The notes: generated from the sequence alone by a model not told the origin. Shown: positions 13,906 through 27,369, counted from the stretch's first letter. The stretch is DNA of 64,000 nucleotides from Podarcis melisellensis (GCA_964234715.1 OZ174275.1), one strand, 5' to 3'. Program-made: numbers and translations.

Positions 13906-14683
13906 AATGAAAACGTTGCTGTATCATAGCAATAATTAAATACTCATAGACACTAGAAAACAATCCCCTTTTCCTTTTCATCTTTTATGAAAACAATAAT
14001 ACTAAATCATTTTCTTTGTACTTGTGTTACACATTATTTGTGCACGTGTATATGTATGTATCAGGAGAAGCTCTTCAATGTCCCATGCTTTGAGCTGCAT
14101 AACTTAAGCCTCTTGGTAGAAAATAAAATAAAAGGACTGCTCTCAAGATCTACTGACTTCTTTCCCTTTGGGGAACTGTGTAACTACAGCTTCTCAGGGA
14201 AGAGCCTTCCAGATCTGGCATGGTTCCCCTCATCCAGATTGCCTCCTCCTAGGCAGAGGAAGGATTATTAAAAAATGCTTCTTTTTCCAGTTGACCTTTG
14301 CCTTCACAACAAGGTTGTTGGAACTCCACTGTGTCCTGTACTGCTTTTTTTTTTGAAAGTCCTAAATCTTAGCTTGTTCTCTGGTCAGCTGAACTAAGTG
14401 ACTGCACTCTCTATTTAGAACTAGTAACAGAATAATTAAATAAAAGCACTTTTAACTTAAGCGACAGTTTCAGTATTAACACCAGTGACCCATGGTTAAC
14501 TATGTGAGCCTCAGCAGAACATTCTAATTGAAACATAATAAGTCAATTTCATCTGCCACTATGTAATAGCATGGAGAAACTTGTTTTGTGGTTGTTTTTT
14601 TTAACCCTGGCTGGAAAGAAGCATTTCAGTTTAAAGTGTTGTAAATTTAAACAGGAAACCAAGTAGAGAAAAGCAGGACTCCA

Positions 14684-14702
14684 CATCGCCATCTGGTGGC
14701 AC
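14684..14702 (-). promoter_or_regulatory. CTCF core motif
   Basis: Minus strand reads GTGCCACCAGATGGCGATG, a close match to the CTCF core CCACCAG(A/G)(T/G)GGCG, with the CpG retained in unique sequence. Confidence 0.7.
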
Positions 14703-14899
14703 AAGGTTATATCGCATATACAACACATATAAATCGCTTTTTCTTTACCAGTCTAGCTGAGTCCCCTGTCTTTTCACCATTCCTGATTCATGCAAAATGG
14801 CTCACAGTGTCCCATGGGCTAAATAAATCTCATGTCCTTATCGATGAGCTGTCACATGAACATAAAAAATCGTCAACAGGATTTTTTCTTTAGTGTGCA

Positions 14900-14992
14900 A
14901 CAGCTCACGCCTAACCGTGTCTACTCAGAAGTAAGTCCTATTGAATTAAGTGGGGACCTACCCCCTAATAAATGGGGTTAGGATTGCAGCTC
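14900..14992. mobile_element. Short ancient palindromic repeat (related copies at ~23565-23648, 37070-37155, 40092-40172)
   Basis: Shared pattern CTACTCAGAAGTAAGTCC-ATTGA-...-TGGGAC...TAGGATTGCAGC; class uncertain, MITE-like. Confidence 0.65.
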
Positions 14993-15679
14993 TTAGAAAC
15001 TTGGGAAGAGAATGTTTTCCCCCTCTTGGTGTATGTTGCTAAATTCTTGATGCTGATCATTTGTGCAGTTTCATACACTGACATCTTATACAAAAAATGT
15101 AGATGGAGGAAATCATTTGATGCTCTGCTTGCTTTAACATTTCTATGCATTTCAAAGTGTGGTGTGTATCTGACCCAATTCTCTCTTCAAATTCGTGGGG
15201 GGGTTATGTGGAAAATATTACTTTAATTAATTACTTGTTTTGATCTGGTTTTTTTTTTTACTCTGATGGCTGAAATTTCATGTACAATTTCATCCACTTC
15301 TAATAATACAAGAAACACCCTTCCATTGCTTCCCTGGAGATGCTATTGATGTCCTCTCCTTTAAGGCATACATTACAAATTAAATGTGAGAACCTGCAGC
15401 TAAAAGAAATTGCTCTAAGGCACTGATTTGCCGGGATGAAAAATCAATAACAGTTTCATTAAGGAAAAGAAGGATGGGAAGTTTAGACATGCTTTTCTTT
15501 TTCCTTTTTATGAAAAAAAGAAAAGAAAGGGGACAATCACAGATCATTTTGCTCTGTTGTATCCTAAGAAATTAGTTACACCACACAGCACTGATTGGGA
15601 GGATTTTCAAGCCTGTACGACTGTCCTGAAACAGCCATCCAAAGTAGAAAAGGCAGATTAAGAAATCTTGCTATGTAGA

Positions 15680-16700
15680 AGAACATGGGGTGAGGTGCTC
15701 TCAATTGCTGATGATATCCAGTTCTGCTTTCCTGTAACATCTGAATCAGGAGAGGCTGTGCAAGCTCTGGACTGGTGCCTGAATTCAGCAGTGAGCTGGA
15801 TGGGGGACAATAAACTGACTCTGAATCTTGGCAAAATGGTGGGATTGTGGGTGGTTCCCTAGTCCAGGTAATTGGTCAATTTCCTGCTTTGGAAGGGGGT
15901 CATCCTTCCCTTGAAAGAGCAGGTTCATAATCCAGGGCTTCTCCTGGATCCATCTTTATCACTAGAGACCCAGATGACCTCAGTGGCTAGGAGAGCCTTC
16001 TGCCAGCTACAGGTGGGAAGACAGCTACCACCATATCTGCACCAGGGTAGCTGGACCGCTGTCATCCATGCTTTGGTAACATCCATCTGTATTTGGGTGT
16101 GCTGCATTTTGGGTTGCCCTTGAGGTTGGTGCAGAAGCTGTAGCTGGTGCAAAATGCGGCAGCTGGACTGCTCACTGGGGCAGGATATTGCCAATGCATC
16201 ACCTCACTCTTGAAAGATTTGCAGTGCCAGTTAGCTACTAGGCTATTTTCAAAGTGCTGATTTTGGTGTTTAAAGCCTTATACAACTTGGGACCAAGGTG
16301 CCTGAAAGACGGTTTCACTCCTTATACAGTGGTACCTCGGGTTAAGTACTTAATTCATTCCGGAGGTCTGTTCTTAACCTGAAACTGTTCCTAACCTGAA
16401 GCACTACTTTAGTTAATGGGGCCTCCTGCTGCTGCCGTGCCGCCGGAGCACGATTTCTGTTCTCATCCTGAAGCAAAGTTCTTAACCTGAAGCACTATTT
16501 CTGGATTAGCGGGGTCTGTAACCTGAAGCGTATGTAACCCGAGGTACCACTGTATACCCAACCAACCTCCACACTCTGTAGGTGAAGGCCTTCTGCAGCT
16601 ATCAACGTATCAAGTAGCTAGTTCCACACAGTGTAGGAATTGGGCCTTTAATGTTGTAGCAACTTTGGGATTCCCCTCCCCTTGAATATTAGCTGTCATC
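15680..16700 (+). mobile_element. L2-clade LINE ORF2 fragment (RT end and C-terminus), interrupted by a MITE
   Basis: ADDIQ (YADDTQ-like), VIHALVTS, LVQNAAAGLLTG, ITSLLKDL, FKVLILVFKAL motifs with stops and frameshifts. Confidence 0.88.
16327..16552 (+). mobile_element. pogo/Tigger-type MITE copy 2
   Basis: TA-CAGTGGTACCTCGGGTTA...TAACCCGAGGTACCACTG-TA; the L2 host continues on both sides. Confidence 0.95.
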
Positions 16701-19700
16701 TTGGTTGTCTTTTAAGTTAGGACATTTCCTAGTCTCTATCGGTATTATAATAGTTTTTAAGATGGATTTTATTGTTTTATCACATGTCGTTTGCCTCCTG
16801 GGCTCCTCGGGGTGTGTGTGTGTGGGGGGGGTAAGTTTGAGGCAGCTTAAATCTATTTTCATATATAATAGGTTTACACAATCTGTAGCCTCCATGCTAT
16901 ATGTGAGCCACCAAGCATGTCTTTTGGCTTGGTAACAGTCTTTCTTGTTGGCTTGCCTGGGATTGTATAAATAAAATGAAAGCAACTAGAAAACCAGACT
17001 ACATAGTTTATGGACTCCATAAAAATGTGGGGGGACCACCTGTTGTGCAAATATATCACATTTTGAGTCTTTTGACCAGGCCTTTTGTGTGTGTGCCATG
17101 AATGTTTAATGTTCATTTTCCTCTATGCTGGGATGAGGGAGGTTAGGATGAGGGCAGGTGGAAGTGCCACGGGTGGAATCCCTGTTGGCAGCAGTCACTG
17201 GAAGACTCCAAGCATAGTGCTCTGGAGCTAAGGAGGGGCTGCGTAGTCTAGGATCTGTTGGATCTCAAGCTGGATCCGCTGCTGTTGTGTGATGGCATTG
17301 GACTTGTTTGAGGCCCTGCTACTCTGTAAAGCCTTGACAGGCAACAGCCAGGGTTTGGGATGCCCCCAAGTTGGCGGAGAAGAAGGAACGTGTCTCATTG
17401 TTTGCAAGATTATAAAGTGCCTGTAAACCGCAAAATCCACTTATTGCTTGATAACAGTTCCACATGTCCTTGCTGTATGCAAGGTGTTTTGTCTTTTTGA
17501 GGCATTAGACTTAGCCAGCCCTGCAGCTGCCAGAGCATTTCAGAGTTCTGTAGCTGAGATTTATCTGTGCACATTTGGGTTGTAAAATGTCTCGTATCGT
17601 ATGCGGTGAACAAAACAGAGAACACTATCATGTACGGCATATTAATCCCAGGTCCTGTTCAGATGTCACAAAAGCAGATGGCATGGGATAACCAGTGCTA
17701 TTTAAAGGTCTTTTGTAGCAGGCCAGACTTAATGCTTTCCTTCTCCTCCCTAAGGGCTTCTATACCTCCTGCTGACATCAGTATCAATCATGGAAAGATG
17801 GGAGTAATGAAAATGGAACTCTGGCAATCGCTCGATGCCATAAAGGTAGAAAGGTAAAGGCATCATGAGCGGGTCAATGCCACTGGCTTTACCAAAACAG
17901 GCAAAGAAAACAAATGTACTCTAGACTCCAGCCCAAATTGCAGTGATCATGGCAGTGCAATAATATCCAAAAGCATTGATGTTTCCACTTCTGCTGCTGA
18001 TTAGAAATATTATTTAGGTTTTATAATCAAGTTTATATTTGCCTGCTGCCATTTAAAAATTCTTCCCGACTTGCCCTTCTCAACTACTTAACTGAAAAAC
18101 CAGCCACACCAGGTCCCTCTATTTCCAGGGAAATCAAAGGGAGAAAGTGAACGGCCACTCCACTGGCCAAACTGTTAGCAACTTTTGGCTCCTCCTCTCC
18201 TTTGGCTGTGTTCCATCCCAGCTGGTCCTTAGAAGAAGTTTGTTACTATAAGAAGTAGCACCTGAGGTTGTTTTCTCTCTCTACCTTCTGTGAAAATGGA
18301 TGCTGGACAAGATAAAACTTTGCTCTGCTTGAGGAGTGATCTTCTTGGGTCCTTACTGATCTACTAAAGTGAGACCTCTACTAGTAGAAAACAGTGAACT
18401 TGAAGAAAAAGTTAAGAATTTAATATGTACGTGTTCAAATAGTCCCTTTAAAACACGGTCTCAGTTTTATTGAGTCAGATCAATCTTCTGTTTGGGAGTC
18501 ATTCTCCAGCCTTCTTAGGAAGCTCCTGCATTTTCGTAAATTTGTGGGCACTCATTAATTGCATTCAGATCCTTAAAAGCCTTTTGCTATTCATGTAAAA
18601 GCTGAATTGCCGTCACAGCAGAAATAGGGAACCTCCCATTGTCTATTGGTGCCTCAAATAGAAAGCTGAAATGTTGGCATCAAAGGACAGATGCTAGACT
18701 ACCTTCTGCAATTGAGCTGTAAGATCAAGAACATTGCCAACTTGGAATGTGGAGAACAAGAAAGAGAATGCCTTTCACATGTGCAGCATCTGCCATTATA
18801 TAGGTAGCATTTAATGGTAATCAGAATTTCCTTTGCCAGAATAAGGTTTGTTGTATACCACGTCCATTCATCCACTGCACGCAGATATTGGTTACAATCT
18901 GAAATTGTCTTAAAGCGCAGAATATAAACTCACAATTTGTGTATATTTAGAGAATGTATGTCTTTCAGTTTTACATCTATCCTATACTTTTTGATGCCAT
19001 TTTAGCTTTGTATTATTATGCCTTGGTGATAATAACACATTGAGACAAATGCTGTCAATGCATATGGCAGTTATAGGCCTGTTTAGTGTTCCCATTATAC
19101 ACTCCCATTCTGGAAAATGTAATGACCAACCCATTAAAATGTACTTAGGACTGATTATTTTGGTCAGCAGCAAGATTTATTTGCAAAAGCCTGCATGGCT
19201 TTCTCTCTGGCTTTTTAATTTTAGCATAAAAACTGAAAGGAGAGCACAAGTGAGCATGAGAATGAGCCTATTTCATAGCTGTATTGTTTGAGTCTTTTCA
19301 GGGCTGCTTGGTTTTTAGGATTATGCTGTGGAATGGACAATTTACTTGGGTATCCAAATACATATCTACCCAGGAGAATAACCTTCCTGTTAAGACACAG
19401 TATTTTTACAGGTTTTAATCCCTCAACCTTTCTGTGATGGCTGTGTTTCAGCTTTGTGGCTGTTCAGATTTATAGATCAGGAGTAGAAAACAACATCTTA
19501 CACAGCCAGTTTCACAATGAAGCAAAGGCAACTTTTGACTTGTTATTCTTGAATAGCATACTAATTCATGCTACATGGAAAAATGATTTAGAGACTTAGG
19601 ACACTTTTTAAAATGGTTTGTGATGTGGCCTGCCGATAGAGTGGAAAAATTACAATTCTATTGCTAAACTGGTTTACCTCTTTCAATCCAAAGCAGTTTT

Positions 19701-20751
19701 ACTGAGATACTTTTTGTATTGTGTGGTGCCTTCCTTGTTCATATAATCAGCATTTTATTTGTCTTTATGTGATAACTCTAAGGCATTCACTTACTTACAC
19801 TATTGAGAATCTAAGTTGCTATATGTTTTCATCTGTACAAACAATCATGGATCCAGATATAGAAAGTTGGGAAGAGCAGTATAATGGCAGTATGATGATA
19901 TATCATGCTTAATGGTTTAGTAGCTTAACTTTATCTATGGAAGCCTTGAATGTATTGGTTTGCTGTTGATCCTGGACTAGATTGCCGACGGATGTTGATG
20001 TTAGTGCAAAAGACATTCATATCAGGTCTTCACGGTGGGATAGGAAAGAGAATGCTACGTCTTATAAATGTGTTTTCCAGTAGGCAGGGAGGGAACACAA
20101 CACAGTGTTTAGTCTATTCATACTTGCTCACATGTGTTCACATCCAGTTGTGTTCCTGTGTGATCCATGATGGTTTAGATTTGCATGACGATTCAGAACA
20201 TTGTGTAGAGTGCAAGGTTGACAGGTTTTGCAAGGTGAGTGGGAAGAATACAGATCAGACTTGACTGAAAGATACAGTGCAGACTTGGGGTGTAGAGTGA
20301 AAAACTGAGAAGTGAAGCTGCAATTGGTGGAGACAGCAATTTGCCACACAAAGGGAGTCTGGGTGGAAAGAGGGCCTGTAGAAAAATCACAATAAGTATA
20401 AAATGTGCTGTGGACTGCTGAATGGAAAGAAAAATGGATACACAAGGGCATTTTGGAAGTTTGAAGCTTTATGGGCATTGAAGACTAAAAGCATGATAGG
20501 AGAAAAATTTGCATCATGATTTTAACTGATAATCTCTAAATTTGGCTATGATCGATTCCTCACGATTGTGGGTGTTTTGTTTTCTAAATTGTACTGGTGT
20601 ATTGTATGGTATAATCATGAGTTATATCCTACCTAACAATGTGAGGTCAGATCTTAGAATAATCAGCAAAATAGATTTTATTTACCTGTTCTAAGTTTTC
20701 CTTTATACAATCCTTCAATCATATTCACATGGCAATTTACAAAAAGAATGA

Positions 20752-20890
20752 NNNNNNNNNNNNNNNNNNNNNNNNNNNNNNNNNNNNNNNNNNNNNNNNN
20801 NNNNNNNNNNNNNNNNNNNNNNNNNNNNNNNNNNNNNNNNNNNNNNNNNNNNNNNNNNNNNNNNNNNNNNNNNNNNNNNNNNNNNNNNNN
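20752..20890. other. Assembly gap (139 N)
   Basis: Run of N. Confidence 1.
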
Positions 20891-22949
20891 ACAAAACTCC
20901 CAACAAAACACTAAAATACAATAACCTATTAAACATTAGAAGCTTCCCTAAACAGGGCTGCCTTTAGATGTCATAAAAGAAACAAGCAAAATCCCCAACT
21001 GGGAGAGTAGAAATGATGCCAGTTAACCCTCAGGAAAGGTTTCCTTGCATAACATAGCTAGGTATTGGTGTAAACACAAACTGTATTTTTATATATGGAT
21101 GTGATTTTAAACCAATCGTGCACAGATGCTGTGCAAGTCTTTTACAAAAATTGTTCAAGACCATGGCAAGTGATCAAGAGACAAATCCTCAAAACTGACT
21201 TAGCCCCTGTCTTAGCAGAGTTGTACACAAAGCTTTGGTTAATGTATACTCTGCGTACTGAGCTAATTATACAGTACAGCAGTTAGTCAACTTAGTTTTT
21301 CATGGGTTGTAGATTTGTTCTGGGTTTTTTTTTAAAGTCAATTAGCTGAAGAGATCTTTGTGGTTCTTCTTCAACTTACACTTTGTTGTATAAGATATTT
21401 TTAATAGGGCCAAACAGCTGTTCAGTGCTTAAGTTTCAAGTCCCTGGGAGACCTTTTCCTGACTAATGGGCTCTGTCCACCTTTCCTAGTCTTAGAATAC
21501 CAATTAGCGTACAGAGTGAGACAGATCTCATTTCAGCGCAGTCTGTTCTTTGAATTGAAATGCTCACATCATATCAATTATTGAAGATACAGGATATGTG
21601 TAACTGGAGCCACAGGTAATGGCTATGGGCTCGTCTGTTTAGAGTGTGGAAACGTCCAGTATGCCTCAAGCTGTTGCTGCACATTTAAGGACCATCTAAC
21701 ATCAACGTGGGAGTCTCCCATAACTGCCATTCATTTCACTAGAATTCCTCCAGGGATACTTTGGGCACAGCAGTTAGCAGTCTCCAGTTGAAATTTAAAC
21801 CAGATGCTTTAGACTTCCAGAGATGGTGAATTTTGCACTGGTATATGGTGTATAAGCAAGAAACCAGCGCATGAAAGCTTCCATTGAAAAACCCAAGGGG
21901 AAATATATGCAGTGTTCATGTGACCTAGTTTTTAATTTAATCAACTAGCCAATTCACTCCCTGAAGAATCCTCAAAGTAGTGACCAACATTCATTTCAAA
22001 ACAATTCATAAAAGAAGAGGCAGCATGAATTAGAATACCAGTACAAGAGGAAATCAGCCTGAAGTCATCAGTTGGTGGAATTGTGTGCTCCATTTTAAGT
22101 GGGAGAAGCACCCCTGGTCAACACTGCCACCATTTGAGAATGTAGGAGCAAGGCCAAGTGTAGGAGCACCCCTGACCTGTAAACTTGACCCTTGAAAGGG
22201 AATGCAGTCCTGTCCCAAACAGGTAAAGTTTCTATCAGCATGCATACTGGCCAAGAGAACTGTGTCATCCAGATTGAGTTTGGATTGCTAGCCCACATTT
22301 GGTCCATTACCATTCTCAGACAGCAGTTCATAACTTTCCCTAAATAGCGTTGGGAAAGAGAACCAGTGTTGCATAACATACGCATGCTGATGACAGCAAA
22401 ACACCATCTCTCAATCTGATAGCTTCCTACAGGTGCATGCAAATGTTAAGCAGCATGTAATAAGGGTGAGGTGCAATCCTGTGCAACACTAAAGGCTGAA
22501 GCCTCAACCGTAAATCACCCAGGACCACATTCCGTAATTGCCTATCAGGAAGAATAGAAAACTCTGCTAAATAAGTACCCCTTATCCTCAAGCCTAGAAA
22601 TGTGTTAACACAGATTTGTCAGTCTTTAGTTTGCCTCAGTAGCTAATAGCAAAGCCAAAGGGTTGTCACTGAGTACATTAATTCACTCTGATTTGGAATA
22701 AAAGTGGGAGAGACTTGGGAGTTTTGATGGGCATTTCTTTTGTGTGCATGTGCATTTGCATTCATATATTCCTTCTTAGTGAGCCATTTACAAGAGATGC
22801 GATGCTGTCGACTTATTTATGATCACTCTTCAGGAGTACTTAATGTAACAAGGGCAACATATCAAAACACTGCTCAAGGGTTTGTGGGGATTTGTTCTCG
22901 TCTGGTGTCATTCTTCTGCTTCCATATGGTATTCTTCTCCTGAAACCCA

Positions 22950-23360
22950 GGAGAGCTGCTCCCGAGCATTGCATACAATGCCAAGCTATATGGACCAGTG
23001 ATCTGACTTGGTAGAAGGCAGCATCCTGTGTTGAATCTGAAGAACCCCAAGGACTCCAAATCACACAGAGAAGCTCCATGAGCAGAAAAGACTCCTCACG
23101 GTAGAAGTATATCCAAACACAGGGAAGCTGTGGGGAAGCACTGGGCAGCTGAGTTTCCTTGAAAAAGTGAGAGGACTCAAGAGGATGAAGGTCAGTTGGA
23201 TGATATGCCCATCTAGCACTTGTAGCACATAGTTTATGCTTGGTTCTTGCTGCTAAGCCAGCAGCTAACCATTCTCACTTGCAGTGGACAGCAGCCTATT
23301 TGAGACTGTAAAAATGTTGCCTGACCAGCTGATGCTGCCTCACAAGTCCTGTAGACTAAA
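22950..23360 (+). mobile_element. Possible decayed LTR remnant
   Basis: Purine-rich composition and loose resemblance to 37320-37959 and 49250-49860; termini not resolved. Confidence 0.25.
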
Positions 23361-23736
23361 TGGAACTCTTTATCACCACATACCAAAGCAAAAATTTAAG
23401 AAAAGAAATATCCTTTCTAAAGACCAACGTAATTGTTTTATTTTTCTGTGTCTCTGCCCCCCCCCAAAGTCTTACAAGATTGTTCCAGGGTATAGTCTTC
23501 TGTGTTCCATTGTGTTCAGTGTGGCTTATTCCTGGATAAGTGTTTTTAAGTTGGCAGTCCTATGACAGAATCCCATGCATACTTACTTGGAAAGAAGTAC
23601 AAGTAAATTCAAGAGGCTTCCGCTCAGGGAATATGGAATTGCAGACTTAATCCCAGCTTCAAGGCTTCAGAAACACAACAGTATACTTCCTAGCATTTGC
23701 AACTCTCTGTACTCTTCAGAATTTATTCCTTTAAGA

Positions 23737-23866
23737 CAGGGATGGGGAACTTGTGGACCTCCAGATATTGTTGGGGTACAAATCCCTTCATCCCTGAACA
23801 ATGGCCATGCTGGCTGGACCTGCTAGAAGTTGTTCCAGTCTAGCAACATCTGTTCCCCATTCTTGC
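23737..23866. mobile_element. Palindromic hAT MITE copy
   Basis: CAGGGATGGGGAACTTGTGG...CTCCAGAT...CAACATCTG TTCCCCATT; the SINE is inserted at its right terminus. Confidence 0.8.
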
Positions 23867-23868
23867 CT

Positions 23869-24226
23869 TAAAGGTAAAGGTAAAGGGACCCCTGACCATT
23901 AGGTCCAGTTGTGACCGACTCTGGGGTTGTGGCACTCATCTCGCTTTATTGGCCGAGGGAGCCGGCGTACAGCTTCCGGGTCATGTGGCCAGCAGGACTA
24001 AGCCACTTCTGGCAAACCAGAGCAGCACACGGAAACGTCGTTTACCTTCCCGCCGGAGCGGTACCTATTTATCTACTTGCACTTTGACGTGCTTTCGAAC
24101 TGCTAGGTTGGCAGGAGCAGGGACCGAGCAATGGGAGCTCACCCCATCACGGGGATTCGAACCACTGACCTTCTGATCGGCAAGTCCTAGGCTCTGTGGT
24201 TTAACCCACAGCACCACCCGCATCCC
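23869..24226 (-). mobile_element. Sauria SINE (Squam1/POM type), full length
   Basis: Minus strand: tRNA-like head with B-box GGTTCGAATCC, BovB-like 3' region and (ACCTTT)n tail; imperfect TSD CATTC(T/C)TGCCT on both sides. Confidence 0.93.
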
Positions 24227-26544
24227 TCTCATTCCTGCCTGAAGGCACATTAATTCATTTGTACTTTGGGGTCACCACCTTTTGGTCATTTGGAGATTTC
24301 TCCATAAATTCTTCATAAGACCAAAAGTTTGGAGTGTTCTGTGCTGGCTTTTTTCCAGACAATTTCAGAATCGTGAATGAAGTGAATTTTTCAGCCCACA
24401 GAAAGGAATATGTGCACCCCCACACCCTTCAGGAGCACCTGTAGGCACAGCTTAATTAGTGATTGAATTATTTCAGCTGTCCTATGTCTATAGCTTGTTT
24501 ATCATGCAGTGGTGCACAGTGCTCAGCCTAGTCCTTGGAATAGCATGCTAGCATCAAGGATTTGTCCAACTGAGAAAGAATACAGAAATGTAATCCCCCC
24601 AACCCCTCTTTATATAGTATTTATTCTGGCTTCACAAGGTTTCACTTCTGTGCCATTATTACTATGATTTGCCTGCACAGAAATGTAGAAAGTACAAAAG
24701 CATGAAAGCTCAACAATCAGACATACATTTCCCCATAGCAGTCCCATTGGCTGATTGTTGCTGGAAGGCTCATGTAAACCTTCTGTCGGATTTATGTTTT
24801 TCAGTAGAATTTCTGCTTCTAACAACATGATCTCAGGTTACGTAGTTCTGAAGATACCCAGCCTTTCTGTGTGTTGTGCTTTCACTGTGAAGTGGCCTTT
24901 CTCCACCTTCCACACCACAATTTCCAAGATTTGGAGAAATGCCAAATACAGAAGCCATCTCTTGGCAAATCTGTTGCCTGCAGTTTCCAGGCATATGCTG
25001 GAGCTGAGTATTCCAGTTGCAGCTGTAAATATGTTTTACAGACCAGGTGTTCCAAAAGGCACATTAGATTTGTCGTCTTTTGGGGATGGGGCTTCTGAGA
25101 AGCAGCTGGGGAGGGGATCAAATAAGTGCAGTGAACTACGATGCCTCAAAGTGACCTCTTCGTTTCCCAAGTAACTCTGACTGCGTTCTCAAGTGAAGCT
25201 TTCTGGTCATGAATATTGAATGTGCTGAAAAGTCTAAGGCTAATATAACTTAAACTGTCTAAGCTTATTTTCAGCGCTTTCGGGCTCAAGAAATCACTTT
25301 GTTAGGACTTGCTAATTATTGCTTTTAAGTCCCTTGGGGTGATATCCAATGTCATGAAAATGAATGTCCCCTTGTGTGACAGGACTTCCTCTCCTTTTCC
25401 TTCCTTCAGCTGCCCTCCATCTGCTCTGCAGGATCCCGAAATCTCTGGAGACAATTTGGAATTGCACTTTGGCCAGAGAAGAAGGGGGACCCTCAAACAG
25501 CTTCTATCCTGTTGGTGTTGGGTATCACCCTTGAGCTTTTTTGCACAGTGTTTCCTGGTGTACTCATCAGTGACAGAGTTACGTTAAAGATGTGCTTGTT
25601 TTTTTAATATTGATATCTCAATTATTGATATTAATTAATAAATTGGCAAGGAGGGCCGTATCACGTAATTTCTGTCCTGGGTAACATGTGCAGTTGGGTA
25701 GCTTTTGGATGAAATGTCTGGATCACAAAGTGCTCTTTAGCAAGCCTTTGATGTATGATGCTGCACTGCTGCGAGTAATTCATGTTTATAATCAAAGAAT
25801 AGCCCAAGGACTCAGTTCCATGTAGGTGATACTTCCTAGGGATTTTTTTTCCTCCTTCAGAATAAGACTCTCATAGGGCTTACTTATTACCCTCTGATGC
25901 TAAATAGCCATGGGGAGGAAATGGTTGTGAGAAACATCATGTTCCTTTTCAGCAATTCATTTAGTACTGTGAAAGAAGTAATTTCAGTTGCTGGTTGTAA
26001 AGAAATAACTGAAGATGTTAGCTCATGGTAGTGAGTTATTGACCTGTGTGAGAATAGTATGAAGAGCACACCATTTTTCTGATACGGGTCAAGATAATTT
26101 ACTGGGGTGAAAAACAGGAAATCAGATTTACCTATTGGGGTGAAAACAAAGAAGTAAAATTTACTTTGTTTAGCATATAACTTTCATGGTCATCCAGTGA
26201 CATACGGAAGACCTGGGAAAAAACAAGAATTATTTCTAAACATGTGCACATGTATATTATGCTTATTCCTGGTTTCCTTACACTCTTATAAAAGAAGAGG
26301 ATTCACTGTCCTTTACACCTCTTTCAAGATGCCAGTAAAGTAACTGTCAATGTCCCTTCTTGTTCTTTCACCTTCTTTGGATTTTTGTAATACTAATTTT
26401 CTGGCCAAGCCTACAGAGTAGTCTATTAATCTTAGTAACTCTAGGCAATGCCCATGTCATTTCAAGAGGAAAAGTGAAATACAAGATTTGGTTGGGCATA
26501 TGCTGCATGTGGAGGGAACCACTTACTTCTGTGAATTCATTATA

Positions 26545-26675
26545 GCAGGTGTTCTCAAATTGTGGTCCACAGACCACCAGTGGTTCATGGGGTTCATTCA
26601 GGGGGGCTGAATTGTAGAAATTGTAGAGTTGGAAGGGACCCCAAGGTTCATCTAGTCCAACCCCCAGCAATGCCC
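26545..26675. mobile_element. hAT left-end fragment followed by a minus-strand CR1-type tail
   Basis: CAGGTGTTCTCAAATTGTGGTCC (similar at ~48343), then GTAGAGTTGGAAGGGACC...CATCTAGTCCAACCCC. Confidence 0.6.
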
Positions 26676-26894
26676 AGCACATTACAATTGCTACAACAGG
26701 CAGAAAATTCATTAAGTTGTATACCAGTGCTCTCAGCAATGGTTTCTTGCCCAGTCACCAAAAGTAAGAATAGACCACAAAGTCACCCAGTCCAACCTTC
26801 TGTATAATTTCTTTGCTGTTAACAACTGGGAATAGCTGTGAAGGAGTTCCTTTTAATCACAATAGTAAGTGCCCAAATTAATATTCTGTTGTGT

Positions 26895-27369
26895 CAGACT
26901 GTATCTGGAGTATTGTGTCCAGTTCTGGGTTCCACATTTTAAGAAAGGAAAGTATCCAGAGGAGGGTGGCCAGAATGGTGAGGAGTATGAAAACCAAGGC
27001 CTGGGAGAAATGCTTGAAAGAGCTGGGCATGTTTAGCTTGAAGAACAGAAGATTAAGGGGAGGTGTGGTAGCCATCTTTATAGATCTGAACAGATTTATT
27101 CTCTTGCTGCAGAGGGGAAGACAAGAACCAATGGGTGTAAATTGCAGGGAAGTAGTTTTCAGCCAAACGTAGTAGTGGTGAGTGTTGTCCAGTAATAGAA
27201 CAGGGCACCTTGGGAGGTGATAGGCTTTCCTGCATTGGAGGCAATTCTGCAGAGACTAAATCAACATCCATCAGGGATGCCATAGCTGCACCCTGTATTG
27301 CAGATTCTGCACTGAGCAGGGGGTGAGCTAGTTGAAATCCAAGTTCCCTTGCTGTTCTATGATTCCGTG
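26895..27369 (+). mobile_element. CR1 LINE 3' fragment
   Basis: LEYCVQFW and QRRVARMV...LKELGMFSLKNRRLRG motifs; ends in a TTCTATGATTCC-type tail. Confidence 0.9.

Noticed and set aside
20150-20240. Exon-like segment ending CAAG/GTGAGT
   Set aside because: Good donor but weak acceptor and unrecognised peptide; insufficient support.
20678-20936. ORFs spanning N run
   Set aside because: Artefacts of the assembly gap.
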